Counted from the first letter of the stretch, positions 37,645 to 48,802 are shown. The stretch: DNA of 64,000 nt from an uncultured Lachnospiraceae bacterium (GCA_947626915.1 CANQUA010000008.1:135-64134); one strand, 5' to 3'. Numbers and translations are program-made. Notes: a model not told the origin generated them from the letters alone.

Positions 37645-39288
37645 TCAGGGCACACAGGCCCGGATATCTTCAAACGTTACGTCAGCCCCGCTGGCGTAAA
37701 TCCCCCAGTTCATGCCCCCAACCGATTTATAGATCCGGTTGCTGAGCGCTTTCGTATCATCTACATACAGAATCACAATTTCATTTTCCATGACGGCCTT
37801 GATGTGGTAAGGCTTCCCCGGCTCGAACGTAAAATTCGTCGTTATGAGCGGATCCACATACTGGATCCGGGAAAGCACGCAGCCTTCATAGTGGACGCTC
37901 TGATTACTGGCGTCCAGCACGATCCCGGTGTATCTCCCGTACTCCTCCTGCGGGCCGAACGCAATACCGGCGTAGCCCCCTTCGGAGAACGTTACCGTGA
38001 ACTCAGCCGTCATCGTCGGCTTCCTCATGCCGAAATTCACCACGGACACTTCTCCCTTATCCGCCGTCAGCCGATAGCCGTTTCCGGTATCCTCCGCCGT
38101 CCCCTGCGTCCCGGCCGCCGTCAGTTCCACTTCCTGCGCAAAATATTCGCTCAGGCTCTCCGGCTCCCGGACGCCCAGGGTCCCGTCTTCCTTCTGCACC
38201 AGCTCGTGGATCAGCAGCGAACCGGCCCAGTCATAGGCCGTGGTATCCACAGCCTCTTTCCGGCGGCCGATCCAGCCGCACAGATACCGCTTGCCGTTTA
38301 CCTCCGCCGTCTTCGCCGCGTAGAAGCAGAACCCGGTCCCATCCAGCACATTGTCGGCCGGCGCCTCAAACGGCCCGTTGATGGACCGGCTCCTCGCGTA
38401 ATACGTCACACAGTCCCAGCTGTAGAACAGATAGTACCAGTCTCCCATCTGAAACAGATCCGGGCACTCCAGCATGTACTGCTTCTGGGGCGCGTACAAC
38501 GGCTCCGCCAGCGTCCACTCTTTCAGATCCGCGGAGGTGAACCGGGCCACGATCCCGCCAAGCTTCTCATCTCTGGCGGCGATCAGCAGCCAGTAACACT
38601 GCTCCTCTTCATTCCAGAATACGAACGGATCGCGGAAATCGTCTCCGGAATACCCCTCCGGCGCATAAAACGTATCCTCCGGAAGCTTGGTCCAGGTCTG
38701 ATTGTCCGTACTGACCGCGTGCATCACACATTCCTTATCCTTGCCCTTTTCCGGGAATGTGTCGTTGTGCCCCGTGTAAAAGCAGTGGTACAGGCCGTCC
38801 TGCCCGACCAGCACGCTTCCTGTCCCGATCGCCAGATCCGGGTCGTCAGCGGACTTTCCGTAATCCACCGCCAGGCCGTCATCCTGATATTCGTAAAGAT
38901 TAGTTGTTGAAAACTTGTGAATCGGATGATATCCCGTCCCGTTGTGATCCGTATCGTACAGATAATAAAGATGAAGCGTATCTTCTTCCGCCATCGGCAT
39001 CACGTCCCCTACCCAGGCGTTCGGCGACGTGGGGTACAGCCGGTACGGCACACTTTCATATACTTCCATAGCGTCTCCCGCCCCGGCAGGCTCCTCCGCC
39101 TGTTGTCCGGACGCCGTCTCTTCCGCCGGCGCCGGGGGCACGGTTTCCGCGGCGGACGTCGCAGATGACGTCTGGCTGTCCGCGGAGCTTTCCTGTTTCC
39201 CTGCCGGGGTATCCCCCTGCCTTGCGCAGGCACAGACCAGCGCAAGGCAAAGGAACATCACCCATATCCATCTTGTTTTTTTAATCAT
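37645..39288 (-). CDS. GH32-family glycoside hydrolase lipoprotein (fructanase-like)
   Basis: WVGDVMP, DFRDPF and MLECPDL catalytic motifs; lipobox-like LVCAC. Confidence 0.85.
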   Translation of the reverse strand: MIKKTRWIWVMFLCLALVCACARQGDTPAGKQESSADSQTSSATSAAETVPPAPAEETASGQQAEEPAGAGDAMEVYESVPYRLYPTSPNAWVGDVMPMAEEDTLHLYYLYDTDHNGTGYHPIHKFSTTNLYEYQDDGLAVDYGKSADDPDLAIGTGSVLVGQDGLYHCFYTGHNDTFPEKGKDKECVMHAVSTDNQTWTKLPEDTFYAPEGYSGDDFRDPFVFWNEEEQCYWLLIAARDEKLGGIVARFTSADLKEWTLAEPLYAPQKQYMLECPDLFQMGDWYYLFYSWDCVTYYARSRSINGPFEAPADNVLDGTGFCFYAAKTAEVNGKRYLCGWIGRRKEAVDTTAYDWAGSLLIHELVQKEDGTLGVREPESLSEYFAQEVELTAAGTQGTAEDTGNGYRLTADKGEVSVVNFGMRKPTMTAEFTVTFSEGGYAGIAFGPQEEYGRYTGIVLDASNQSVHYEGCVLSRIQYVDPLITTNFTFEPGKPYHIKAVMENEIVILYVDDTKALSNRIYKSVGGMNWGIYASGADVTFEDIRACVP

Positions 39289-39289
39289 T

Positions 39290-40663
39290 TTACTGTCCCA
39301 GCGTGATGGCCGCGCCCTCCGCGATCTGCTCGTTGGCGTTCTGCGTGAATGTGCTGACCGGAGTTCCTTCTACCATGCCGGAGTAAACCGTCCAGTTGGC
39401 ATCCCAGTATTTCTCAATACCGATGGGAGCGAACTTGATGTGCTCGGCCATGGTGTTCATCAGATCCACCTGATCCTGTCCGTAGGTCTCGATCAGAGCG
39501 CCCTCGTCATTCTCATGCTTCAGCTCATACGCCATGCGGATGAACGCCGCCGCGCCTTCCGGATTGGTGCTGGTGATCGGGATCGCGAAGCCCGTCAGAG
39601 AGCCGCCGCAGTCATATTTCTGGCCGGAGGGACCCTGGGGAAGCGGAGCCCAGCCAATCTCATAGTCGCAGGCATAAGCCGTGATCGCCGCGAAACCGTA
39701 TTCGCAGGTCATCGCCAGGTTGCCGCTCTTGAACGCGTTGATGAAATTGTCGCCGTCCGGAATCATGATAAATTTGTCCGTGATATAGCCGTTCTGCAGG
39801 AACGTGAACGTCTCCTGCGCCGCCTGGGTCTGATAGTTGCCGGTGATGCTGCCGTCCGCGCCGTAGTTCAGATGCGTGGTTCCGTTGGTCGCCAGCATCT
39901 GCACATAGAAGCTGTCCCACCAGCCGAAGCCGTAAACGTCGTTATTGCCGTCGCCGTCCGTATCGGCGGTCAGCTGCATCGCCACTTCACGGAACGTATC
40001 CCAGGTCCAGTTGCCTTCCTGGAAATACTCCATCGGGGTTTTGACGCCGTTCTGCTCGAACAGGGTCTTGTTGTAAGCGATGACAACCGGGGTCGCCGCG
40101 GAACCTGCCGCATAGGGCACGCCGCCGTAGGTGAACGCGCTGGTTACGCTGTCATACCAGAAATCGTCGTTTAAGTCGATGTACTGAGAAATGTCCTGCA
40201 CGATGTTCTTCGCGCCGTAAACCGGGAAGTTCTGGTCATGAGCTTCCGCCAGGTCGCAGGGCTCGCCGGCGTTTACCTTGGCGATGACCGTGCTGGCCTG
40301 ATCGCCCCAGCCCACGCCTTCTACCGTTACCGTGCCGCCGTATTTCTCTTCAAACGCCTTCTTCGTGGACCATACCAGGTCGAACGCCTTGGGGTTATCC
40401 GCCAGGGTCTGGTTCCAGCTCTCTTCCGTCGTGTTCCACACGATCAGCAGATTCGGGTTCGCCAGCGTATCCGGCAGGACGCTCGCTTCCGCCTGGGCTG
40501 CCGTCGTCTCAGCAGCAGCTGTCGTTTGGGCCTCCGTGGCTCCTGCGGCCGTCGTCCCGGCCGCTGTCGTCTGATTGGAACCGCTTCCCGATCCGCACGC
40601 AGACAGGGACATCGCGCAAAGCGTTCCCGCCATCAGAATAGATAAAGCTCTTTTTTTCATAAT
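39290..40663 (-). CDS. Carbohydrate ABC transporter solute-binding lipoprotein
   Basis: LSACGSG lipobox, Thr/Ala linker, IAYNKTLF, WAPLPQGP. Confidence 0.88.
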   Translation of the reverse strand: MMKKRALSILMAGTLCAMSLSACGSGSGSNQTTAAGTTAAGATEAQTTAAAETTAAQAEASVLPDTLANPNLLIVWNTTEESWNQTLADNPKAFDLVWSTKKAFEEKYGGTVTVEGVGWGDQASTVIAKVNAGEPCDLAEAHDQNFPVYGAKNIVQDISQYIDLNDDFWYDSVTSAFTYGGVPYAAGSAATPVVIAYNKTLFEQNGVKTPMEYFQEGNWTWDTFREVAMQLTADTDGDGNNDVYGFGWWDSFYVQMLATNGTTHLNYGADGSITGNYQTQAAQETFTFLQNGYITDKFIMIPDGDNFINAFKSGNLAMTCEYGFAAITAYACDYEIGWAPLPQGPSGQKYDCGGSLTGFAIPITSTNPEGAAAFIRMAYELKHENDEGALIETYGQDQVDLMNTMAEHIKFAPIGIEKYWDANWTVYSGMVEGTPVSTFTQNANEQIAEGAAITLGQ

Positions 40664-40802
40664 ATCTCCTTTCTTTGCCTGTGCCTTTTGCATCAGTGCC
40701 TATCATAATCGCCCTTGGGCGTATGATGCTGTTTTTTCTGCTTCATTTCCGCCGTTTCCCGCGCTCCCGCGGACCGGCGGCGGTCCGCGGAAGGCCAAAG
40801 CT

Positions 40803-41753
40803 TTATTTAATGCCCATATGCTCGATGCTGTCCGCCAGTTTCCTCTGGGCGACCATATACAGCAGGAACATGGGCAGGATCGTCAGCAGACAGCCCGCCT
40901 GGATCCTGGTCTGGATCCGCAGCGGATCCGTCGTCGTCTGTCCTCCGATCAAAGCGGCCAGATCCACACGCAGGGAGGACAGAGCCACGATCAGCGTTCT
41001 TCTGGTCGTACCCAGAAGCTGCTTCGACAGATAATAGTCGTTGAAATGCCACACAAAAGAGAACAAAAATACCGTTACCACCGCGTTCTTCGCATTGGGC
41101 AGCATGATGTAGAGGAAGGTCCTGAGCGGTCCGCTGCCGTCTACGTAGGCGGATTCCTCCAGCGCGGAGGACATCCCCTCGAAGAACTGCTTGAAAATGT
41201 AAATATACAGACCGGAGCGGATACCCGCGCCCAAAGCGGACGGGATATAAAACGCCATATTGGAGCCCACCAGATTGACCGACAGCTCCCTGCCCGTAAT
41301 CTTGCCGATCAGCCCCAGAATCCCCGCCGGATTGAAATACCGCATGTTCAGGTAATACGGCAGGATGATCGTCTGTGTCGGAACCATCAGCGTCAGGATC
41401 ACGCACACGAAGAATACATTCTTAAACGGGAACTGGTACCTGGCAAAGCCGTAGCCGGCCAGCGCGCTGGAAACCACGTCCAGCACCGCGCACCCGAGGC
41501 CGATCTGAAAGCTTCCCAGCAGCGCCTGCATATATTTCATCGAACGGAACGCGTCCATGAAACCTACGCTGGACAGATGCTTCGGGATCCAGATTACGCT
41601 GGGATCGTAGGTATCCAGCGGATCCTTGATGGAAGCGCTGACCATATACAGGACCGGATACAGCAGCTGGTAAGCCAGCAGGATCAGGATCGCATATTTG
41701 CAGATGGTCCAAAACCATTTTCCGCTTTTCAGCTTATAAACTATCGTTCCCAT
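40803..41753 (-). CDS. Carbohydrate ABC permease
   Basis: LEESAYVDG EAA motif, GYGFARYQFP. Confidence 0.92.
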   Translation of the reverse strand: MGTIVYKLKSGKWFWTICKYAILILLAYQLLYPVLYMVSASIKDPLDTYDPSVIWIPKHLSSVGFMDAFRSMKYMQALLGSFQIGLGCAVLDVVSSALAGYGFARYQFPFKNVFFVCVILTLMVPTQTIILPYYLNMRYFNPAGILGLIGKITGRELSVNLVGSNMAFYIPSALGAGIRSGLYIYIFKQFFEGMSSALEESAYVDGSGPLRTFLYIMLPNAKNAVVTVFLFSFVWHFNDYYLSKQLLGTTRRTLIVALSSLRVDLAALIGGQTTTDPLRIQTRIQAGCLLTILPMFLLYMVAQRKLADSIEHMGIK

Positions 41754-41763
41754 AATCTCCCTC

Positions 41764-42651
41764 CTAATCTTCCGCGTGGACGATGAACCGCTTCATCGCC
41801 AGATACAGCACCACGAGTACCACCGCTACCATCAGGAAATACAGGATGGACAGGGCGCTGGCGTATCCGAACCGCACGTTCGTAAACGCCGTATTGTAGA
41901 TCATCTGGATGATCGCGTTGCCGTAGTCCGAAAAGATATCGATCACGCTGTATACCGCGTTCAGCAGGATCATGGGAGTCAGCATCGGCAGGGTGATCTT
42001 GAAAAACTGCTCCAGCGCGTTGGCGCCCTCAATATCCGCCGCCTCGTAGACGTAGGAGGGGATATTGTGGAGTCCGGCCAGGAACAAAAGGATCTGCACG
42101 CCGCTCCGCCAGGTCAGGTCGAAAATCTTGCTGATCACATTATTGATAAAACCGATCAGTCCCGCCGACAGACCCATGGACTCGAAGAATCCCGTCAGGC
42201 CGCTTGCGGAGAACAGATAGGTGGTCTCCGAGCTGTTCATGCTGGTGGAAAATACATCCGTCTTCATGATGTCCATCAGAACGCCGGAACCGATGATAAC
42301 CGGCAGGAACGCGATGGCTCTCATCAGGGTTCTGCCCGGATACTCTTTCTTTAGGAGCAGCGCGAAGCAGAGACTGTATACCAGGATCAGGGGTACCGTG
42401 ATCAGATCCCGCAGGGAGCCTGCGCACTGGATGATGAACTGGGTGTCCCTGAAAAGCGCGTACGAGAAATTGCTCAAACCGACCCAGGTGCCTTCCATGC
42501 CCGATACGGTCGTCTTCAGGTCCTGGAACCCGTAAACGCAAGACTGAACAAAGGGAACCGCGAAAAACAGCAGGAATCCCACAAGCCAGGGAGTAATGAA
42601 TAAAAACCCGTAAATTTTCTTTTTTGTATGATACGGCAGTTTCTTAAACAT
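41764..42651 (-). CDS. Carbohydrate ABC permease
   Basis: YGFLFITPW, VYEAADIEGA, FGYASA. Confidence 0.92.
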   Translation of the reverse strand: MFKKLPYHTKKKIYGFLFITPWLVGFLLFFAVPFVQSCVYGFQDLKTTVSGMEGTWVGLSNFSYALFRDTQFIIQCAGSLRDLITVPLILVYSLCFALLLKKEYPGRTLMRAIAFLPVIIGSGVLMDIMKTDVFSTSMNSSETTYLFSASGLTGFFESMGLSAGLIGFINNVISKIFDLTWRSGVQILLFLAGLHNIPSYVYEAADIEGANALEQFFKITLPMLTPMILLNAVYSVIDIFSDYGNAIIQMIYNTAFTNVRFGYASALSILYFLMVAVVLVVLYLAMKRFIVHAED

Positions 42652-44904
42652 TTATCTCGCTCCTTTCCTGGCAAACCCCATCGCCGGAACCGTCAGATCC
42701 CCGACCGCCGCCGGTTCATCCGCGTAATTCACATAAACTTCTGTTCCGTCTTCATAGGTGGTCACGTATACCTGACTGCTTTCCTGCCTGTGACCCACGA
42801 TCCTCTGCCCCAATACGCCTTCCAGCTGCTGCAGCTCGGAGAGGATTCCGCGGATCTCGTCGTCCCATTCGTCATAGGCGACGGAATAATAATTGCTCAT
42901 ATCCGTATCCAGCAGGGTCTGCGCGTCCGCGGTCATCAGCAGGAACGACGGGCTCACCCCGTATTCCACCGCGTGAAGCAGGCTCTCCCGCACGTCGCCG
43001 CTCAGATTCACCGGCGTGCTGTAAAGGGCCGCGCTGCCGCTCATTACCATCTGATAGAACGGAACCGCCTCATCTTCCACGTCGAACTGGCTGGAATACA
43101 CCGGCACATCGGTGATCACATCCGCGTAGGGGAAGGCGTAAGCGTAAGCTCCCGCGCACAGAAGCTGGTCCGTGCTGCCGGCCGCGGCGGAAAGCGCGTT
43201 CTCCCAATAAGTACCGGCCTGATCGCGGGAAACGCTGTCCTTGCGGAAATCGGAATACATCTTTTTCGTGATCCCCGTCAGACCCAGGTTTGTGATGCCT
43301 TTCTTGGAGGCGCTGGACAAAAGTTTATTTGTGATCTCCTCCACGTATGGGGGCGAGATCAGGTAATCCGGCGAGGTCCCGCTGTCACGGGCACCGGAGG
43401 TCAGCAGGTACACGTACTGAGGCGAGGTGGACCGGGATACATTTCTGGCTGCTTTCAGCGTGCTGTATCCGTTCCCGCTGCTCTGCATGGTCACGGGGTC
43501 GTAGATCGGATAGAACTGGATCCCCGCGCCGGCCAGAGCGGACGCCATATTCTTGTAGCCGCGCTCGCCGCCGAGCGCTCCCTCAAACGTCACCTTGGTG
43601 GGCAGCTTGCTTTCGTTTCCGCCCTTCTCCATCTTAATCATGCTGACCTGGAACGTTCCCTCCTCGTTTGCAAGGGCCAGGACCGCATCCTGCAGGCTCT
43701 TAAACGGGGTCAGGGGCTCTACCGTATGGTACGGAACGCCGAGCAGGGTCTTCCGGACCCGGACGCCGCCCAGGAACGTAAGGTTCATATCGGTCTGGCC
43801 GGCGGTCTGCTGCTGCATGCCCTTCTCTTCCATCAGGTACTGACGGTACCTGGCGGCCATCTCTCCGTAGCCGGAGCCTTTTTCCAGGAAATAATAGCTC
43901 ACTTCATAGTAGGGGGACGGCATCTGCTGGGGCGACATCATGACGACCGTTTCCTCGTCGCTGCTGTTCGCCAGAAGCGTGTTGTTCTCGCTTTCAATCA
44001 ATACGACGCTGCTGTATACGGAATTGCAGCCGGTCACCTTTCTGGACACCTCGGCGCGGATCTCGGACTGATATTCGTCCTCGGTCACCACGGCCAGCAT
44101 CGCGTCGTCGTTTTTGCGGATACCGAACAGCGGCATCGTCGCGTCCTGCGTTACCTGGACGCTGCTCTGCAGATTCAGCGCCAGGTTCCTGCCGTATACG
44201 GTCTGGGCGTAGGACTGATAGGACTGTTTCTGATTATTGAAGCGGATCATCGCTCCGGAGCCGTCCGGCACGATCATATAGCCCTCGTCCTCCAGGGAAC
44301 CGGCTCCGAAATACGGCAGCAGGGAAATTCTGGAAACCTGCATGCCGCCGTGCTGGACGATCTGTTCCGTCAGCACCCTGGCCTCGAAGCGGTCGCCGTC
44401 GATCCCGAACCAGCAGGGGATCTCCAGTCCCACGTCTCCGAACATCCAGTTGACCATGACGCCGTTCTCCTGGTAGGCGTATGTATACGTGTTTTTCTGC
44501 ACGGAACCCTGGAAGCTGTTCATGGTGTAGGAATTGCTCTGCTCATTGACATAGCTGATATTCAGCAGGGACTGCACCAGGGTCTTGTTCTGCCCGAACG
44601 CCACGGGATCCGCCGCCGCGTTCTCCGGGTTGCTTCTCCACTCCGTCCCCGTCTTCTTATCCTTCACGAGGACCTGCGTCGTGGACGGCTGGAACCAGAG
44701 CTCAAGGCTGTCGCTCTCGCCCGCCTTTTCCCAGGCGTCCGTGTATCCCTCCGCCACCGGCGGCTGCCAGCTCATGACTTCTTTCGTTTCCGTGCCGCTT
44801 TCGCTGTTCAAATATGCCAGAAGACCTGCAAACACGCCGAGCACAGCCACGAACAGCACGCCCTGCGCCAGCATTTTCAAAATATTTTTCTTCATCTTCC
44901 GCAC
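42652..44904 (-). CDS. Large membrane-anchored extracellular protein (DUF5696-like)
   Basis: N-terminal TM, ISLLPYFGAG, IVPDGSGAMIRF; typical position in NHL/Yip1 clusters. Confidence 0.75.
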   Translation of the reverse strand: MRKMKKNILKMLAQGVLFVAVLGVFAGLLAYLNSESGTETKEVMSWQPPVAEGYTDAWEKAGESDSLELWFQPSTTQVLVKDKKTGTEWRSNPENAAADPVAFGQNKTLVQSLLNISYVNEQSNSYTMNSFQGSVQKNTYTYAYQENGVMVNWMFGDVGLEIPCWFGIDGDRFEARVLTEQIVQHGGMQVSRISLLPYFGAGSLEDEGYMIVPDGSGAMIRFNNQKQSYQSYAQTVYGRNLALNLQSSVQVTQDATMPLFGIRKNDDAMLAVVTEDEYQSEIRAEVSRKVTGCNSVYSSVVLIESENNTLLANSSDEETVVMMSPQQMPSPYYEVSYYFLEKGSGYGEMAARYRQYLMEEKGMQQQTAGQTDMNLTFLGGVRVRKTLLGVPYHTVEPLTPFKSLQDAVLALANEEGTFQVSMIKMEKGGNESKLPTKVTFEGALGGERGYKNMASALAGAGIQFYPIYDPVTMQSSGNGYSTLKAARNVSRSTSPQYVYLLTSGARDSGTSPDYLISPPYVEEITNKLLSSASKKGITNLGLTGITKKMYSDFRKDSVSRDQAGTYWENALSAAAGSTDQLLCAGAYAYAFPYADVITDVPVYSSQFDVEDEAVPFYQMVMSGSAALYSTPVNLSGDVRESLLHAVEYGVSPSFLLMTADAQTLLDTDMSNYYSVAYDEWDDEIRGILSELQQLEGVLGQRIVGHRQESSQVYVTTYEDGTEVYVNYADEPAAVGDLTVPAMGFARKGAR

Positions 44905-44907
44905 CTC

Positions 44908-45534
44908 CTAGCTCACCCGCAGCAGAATCTCGCGGACGACGGTCGCCACGAATCCGTAAAAATCCGACGCAAGGCTTCCCACCAGCATGATGGCGAATAA
45001 CAGGATGAACATTACAAATACCGTACACGCACAGCTGAACACGTTCCGGACGAAATTGTACTCATGCATCACCATCAGTCCGATGAACAGGGCCACCAGG
45101 CTCCATCCTGCTCCGAACACCTGCGCGTAATTGGCAAAGGGCTCTTCCATGACCAGAATGTTGCTCAGAAGCACCGCGCCGATGTTCCCCAGAATGAAGG
45201 GGACCAGGCAGTAGGCCGTGTAGATCCAGATGTCCCGCATACGTCCCGTGCCGTTCAACAGCATGGCTACGATCCAGTTGGCGATCACAAACAGCAGAAA
45301 CGGCAGGATCGCGGTCGCGAACTGCATAAATACGTTCAGATCGCTCAGCTTATTATAATTGAAGATATATCCCGTATTCTGCCTCTGGAAGATCGTCGTC
45401 AGGAACAGAACGGCCAGGATGATCACCGAGATCGCGGCGCTTCCCTGTCCTTTGAAGCGGATATCGTAGGACGCGTCAAAGGGGTGCCGCACGGTATGGA
45501 ATGGATTGGTTGCCGATTTTCGATCAAATTTCAT
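44908..45534 (-). CDS. Yip1-like membrane protein
   Basis: Five hydrophobic segments; follows the NHL-repeat gene. Confidence 0.75.
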   Translation of the reverse strand: MKFDRKSATNPFHTVRHPFDASYDIRFKGQGSAAISVIILAVLFLTTIFQRQNTGYIFNYNKLSDLNVFMQFATAILPFLLFVIANWIVAMLLNGTGRMRDIWIYTAYCLVPFILGNIGAVLLSNILVMEEPFANYAQVFGAGWSLVALFIGLMVMHEYNFVRNVFSCACTVFVMFILLFAIMLVGSLASDFYGFVATVVREILLRVS

Positions 45535-46985
45535 TGCTTCGCCCTCCTTTTCAACCGTCCGATCAGCCGAAACGCCACAATCAGCACAATGAGTATCCCC
45601 ACGAACGCCGGGCCGTACTGCCGTACCAGCACCAGACGGTTCTTGCCGAAGGACCGGGAATAACTGTACCGGTCTCCGCTGTGGCTGAGATAATCCAGCG
45701 CGTCCGTATATTCCTCTTCCTGAGCGTACACCTTGCCCAGTCCGTTATAGGCCAGCGTGTAGTTGGCGTTTCTGGAAAGGACCTGCTCCCAGACCTGGCC
45801 GGCTTCCTCGTAGAATCCTCCGTCGTACAGGACGATGGCTCTCTCCACCAGCGCGCCGTACTCGGTCGGTTCAAAAACCGTGATATTGTTTTTCAGACGG
45901 TCCAGCACGTAGACCTTATGTCCGTAAACCTCGACTGCCACCGGCGTTGTGAAGGTGCCCAGCTGGCTGCCCATGCCTCCGAATACCGAAACCAGATTGC
46001 CTTCCTGGTCCCGCTCGAAGATTCTGCCGCTGGTCAGATCCACGCCGAAGATGAAATCCTCGCTGTTGACCTTCACATCGATGAAGGACGGATAGCTGGC
46101 GTTTCCTCTGGTATACGCGAACTCTTCGTCTCCGAAATTCACCTCGGCGTTGCCGACGCCGAAATAAATGTTGTTTCCCTGCGGGTTCAGCTTCTTGATC
46201 TGGCTCTTGGGAAGCTGGGTGCCGACGGTGGAGGTGTAGACGAAACCGTCCTTGCTGCAGTCGATGTTGGAATACTCGATCGGCAGGATGCTGGTCATGG
46301 CCGCTCTCTGTTCATCCGAGAGGAGGCTCTTCCACATGTAGTTAAACAGAACGTCCGCGGTCACCTCAACTTTGTTGGCTCCGAAGAAGCCCATGAAGCT
46401 CCCGTCCAGATCGAACTGCAGCAGACCGCTGTAGCAGCCTCTGGACAGCACATAGATCCTGCCGTACATATCCACTCCCACCTTTGTGGGCGCGAACACG
46501 AAATCCTCGGCGATCAGGTTGCTGACCGGCTTCACGACCGTTTCCTCCACGACGCCGTCGCGGATGACCAGGACCCGCCCTTCGGAGGTCTGGGCCGCGT
46601 AGATCGTGCCGTCCGCCGCCACGTAAAGTCCTTCCACATCGGTCAGGGGGATCTCCTCCCCGTTCATCAGAACGGTCTCGATGGTTCCGAGGAAATTCAG
46701 TTCCTCGTCCATCAGGACGATCCGGTTATTGCCGGTGTCCGCCAGATACAGGGTGCCGTTCTCGTCCATAAAGAAATCCTGCGGGACATTGAACGCGCCG
46801 GCCCCGATCTGCAGGCCGTTTAAGGCCATGGTCGGCTGATAGCTGGGCGGCGCCGCCACGGAACCGTCCCATTCATCATAGGAATAACTGTTGAAATTGG
46901 ACTGGGCGTATGCCGGAAGCGGCAGCCCCAGCGCCGCCAAAAGTCCCAGTCCGGCGCATAATCCGCGAATCTGATGCTTTTTCAT
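45531..46985 (-). CDS. Secreted NHL-repeat/TPR protein with C-terminal anchor
   Basis: Signal peptide, LYLADTGNNRI repeats, TPR-like LAYNGLGK, C-terminal TM. Confidence 0.82.
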   Translation of the reverse strand: MKKHQIRGLCAGLGLLAALGLPLPAYAQSNFNSYSYDEWDGSVAAPPSYQPTMALNGLQIGAGAFNVPQDFFMDENGTLYLADTGNNRIVLMDEELNFLGTIETVLMNGEEIPLTDVEGLYVAADGTIYAAQTSEGRVLVIRDGVVEETVVKPVSNLIAEDFVFAPTKVGVDMYGRIYVLSRGCYSGLLQFDLDGSFMGFFGANKVEVTADVLFNYMWKSLLSDEQRAAMTSILPIEYSNIDCSKDGFVYTSTVGTQLPKSQIKKLNPQGNNIYFGVGNAEVNFGDEEFAYTRGNASYPSFIDVKVNSEDFIFGVDLTSGRIFERDQEGNLVSVFGGMGSQLGTFTTPVAVEVYGHKVYVLDRLKNNITVFEPTEYGALVERAIVLYDGGFYEEAGQVWEQVLSRNANYTLAYNGLGKVYAQEEEYTDALDYLSHSGDRYSYSRSFGKNRLVLVRQYGPAFVGILIVLIVAFRLIGRLKRRAKQ

Positions 46986-46986
46986 A

Positions 46987-47868
46987 TCATCCCTCCTTCA
47001 GTCCCGCAAAGGTCATCGTTTCCACCACGTGTCTCTGCAGCAGGATGAATACGACGATGGGCGGAATCATGAGCAGTACGGAGCCCGCCATGCCGGAACC
47101 CATTCTGGCGTAAGCGTTGGATGCGCTGATCTGCTCCAGGGCCACCTTCACGACCTTCAGCTGCTCGTCGTAAACCAGCTCCTTGGACAGGCCGTTCCAG
47201 ATGTTGACGAACTGGAAGATGAACACCGTCAGCGTCGCCGGCTTCACGTTCGGGAACACGATCTGGAAATAAATCTTCCACTCGTTTGCGCCGTCGATCC
47301 TGGCCGCCTCGATCAGGGAATCCGGAAGCTGCTCGATGAACTGCTTCATCAGGAACAGTCCCAGAGACACGCCGATGTTCGGCAGGATGTAGGCCCAGTA
47401 TGTATTCAGAAGCTTCAGCTTCGAAATGATGATGAAGGACGGCAGGAACGTAACCTGGCCCACAAACATCAGGCCCAGGAGGATGATCGCGAACAGCGCG
47501 TCCTTGCCGGGGAAATTGTGCTTGGCCAGCGGATAAGCCGCCATGCCGGCCAGGATCACATGCAGCAGCGTTCCCAGGATGGAAACGAACAGCGTATTGA
47601 ACAGATACCTGGAAAACGGCACCCACAGGTTGGACATCAGCTGGAACAGCTCCGTATAATGCTCGCCGGTAGGCCGGAGTACATAGAGCCTGGGCGGAAA
47701 CTGGAACAGTTCCTCTGACGGCTTGATGGACTGGATCAGCGTATAGTACAGCGGGAACGCCATGAACGCGCCCAGCACCAGCAGCAGGAAAATCACCAGA
47801 CCGTTGCCGATCTTCGACCGCCGGTTATCGATTCCCAGTTTTTTCTTTCTCTTTTTCATCTTAATCAT
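46987..47868 (-). CDS. Carbohydrate ABC permease
   Basis: LIEAARIDGA EAA motif. Confidence 0.92.
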   Translation of the reverse strand: MIKMKKRKKKLGIDNRRSKIGNGLVIFLLLVLGAFMAFPLYYTLIQSIKPSEELFQFPPRLYVLRPTGEHYTELFQLMSNLWVPFSRYLFNTLFVSILGTLLHVILAGMAAYPLAKHNFPGKDALFAIILLGLMFVGQVTFLPSFIIISKLKLLNTYWAYILPNIGVSLGLFLMKQFIEQLPDSLIEAARIDGANEWKIYFQIVFPNVKPATLTVFIFQFVNIWNGLSKELVYDEQLKVVKVALEQISASNAYARMGSGMAGSVLLMIPPIVVFILLQRHVVETMTFAGLKEG

Positions 47869-47881
47869 GGTTTTCGCCCTC

Positions 47882-48802
47882 CTAATGTCCCATCCGGCCG
47901 ATGAGCCAGGTCACGAATTTCTTGGAATACTGCATCATCACGACCAGCACCACGCCCATGGCGCAGGCATAGCCGAATTCGTACCGCAGGTTGCCGTAGT
48001 CCATGATGTGGGTCACGATGGTCTCGCCCGCGTACCCGGTGCTGGGAAGTCCCGCCAGCGTAGCGGATACGTCGCCTACGGCAAAGCAGTTGACGATCTG
48101 CATGACCGCGCCGAAGATCATCTGGTTGGCCATAGAGGGGATCGTGATGTACCACAATTCCTGGAAGCGGTTCTTCACGCCGTCCATCATACCGGCCTCA
48201 TACAGGGTCTTATCCACGTTCTGGAAGCCGGCGATAAAGGTCAGGAAGCTGATACCCATGCTCATCCAGAGCTGCACAATGATCAGCACCGGCATGATAT
48301 AGGCCTCGTCGGTCAGCCATCCGATGGGCTCGTTCAGCAGGCCGAACTTCATCAGGAAGCCGTTGATCAGTCCGTACTGGTCGGAGCTGAAGATCAGACG
48401 CCATACGCTCCAGCCGGCGGCGCCGACGATGGTCGGGATGTAAAACAGCGCCGTCACCAGGGCCCTGGGGAGGGGCTTCAGCTCATTGATCAGCCACGCC
48501 ACCAGGAAACAGATCACATAGCTGGCCGGCCCGATGATGATGGAGAAGATCAGCGTGTTCTTCAGCGCGACGATGAAATATTCGTCGTTTAAGAACACCT
48601 GCAGGTAATTCTCCACCCCCACGAAGATCGGGGCCTGCACCATATCGTAGTCCGTAAAGCTCAGTATCACAGACAGCACGACCGGAAAGATGGTAAATAT
48701 GATAAAGAAGATCAGGAAAGGCACCATCATCAGCCAGCTCGTCCGGTATCGCTTGAAATAATCCGCTATGCGGTTTGGTATGCTCATTTTTTTCGCCTGC
48801 AT
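47882..48802 (-). CDS. Carbohydrate ABC permease
   Basis: LYEAGMMDG, FGYACA. Confidence 0.92.
   Translation of the reverse strand: MQAKKMSIPNRIADYFKRYRTSWLMMVPFLIFFIIFTIFPVVLSVILSFTDYDMVQAPIFVGVENYLQVFLNDEYFIVALKNTLIFSIIIGPASYVICFLVAWLINELKPLPRALVTALFYIPTIVGAAGWSVWRLIFSSDQYGLINGFLMKFGLLNEPIGWLTDEAYIMPVLIIVQLWMSMGISFLTFIAGFQNVDKTLYEAGMMDGVKNRFQELWYITIPSMANQMIFGAVMQIVNCFAVGDVSATLAGLPSTGYAGETIVTHIMDYGNLRYEFGYACAMGVVLVVMMQYSKKFVTWLIGRMGH

Noticed and set aside
42628-45000. 790-aa plus-strand ORF and other long antisense ORFs (for example 10839-12236, 13563-14918, 27160-28587)
   Set aside because: Shadow ORFs opposite well-supported genes in GC-rich DNA, with no recognisable motifs
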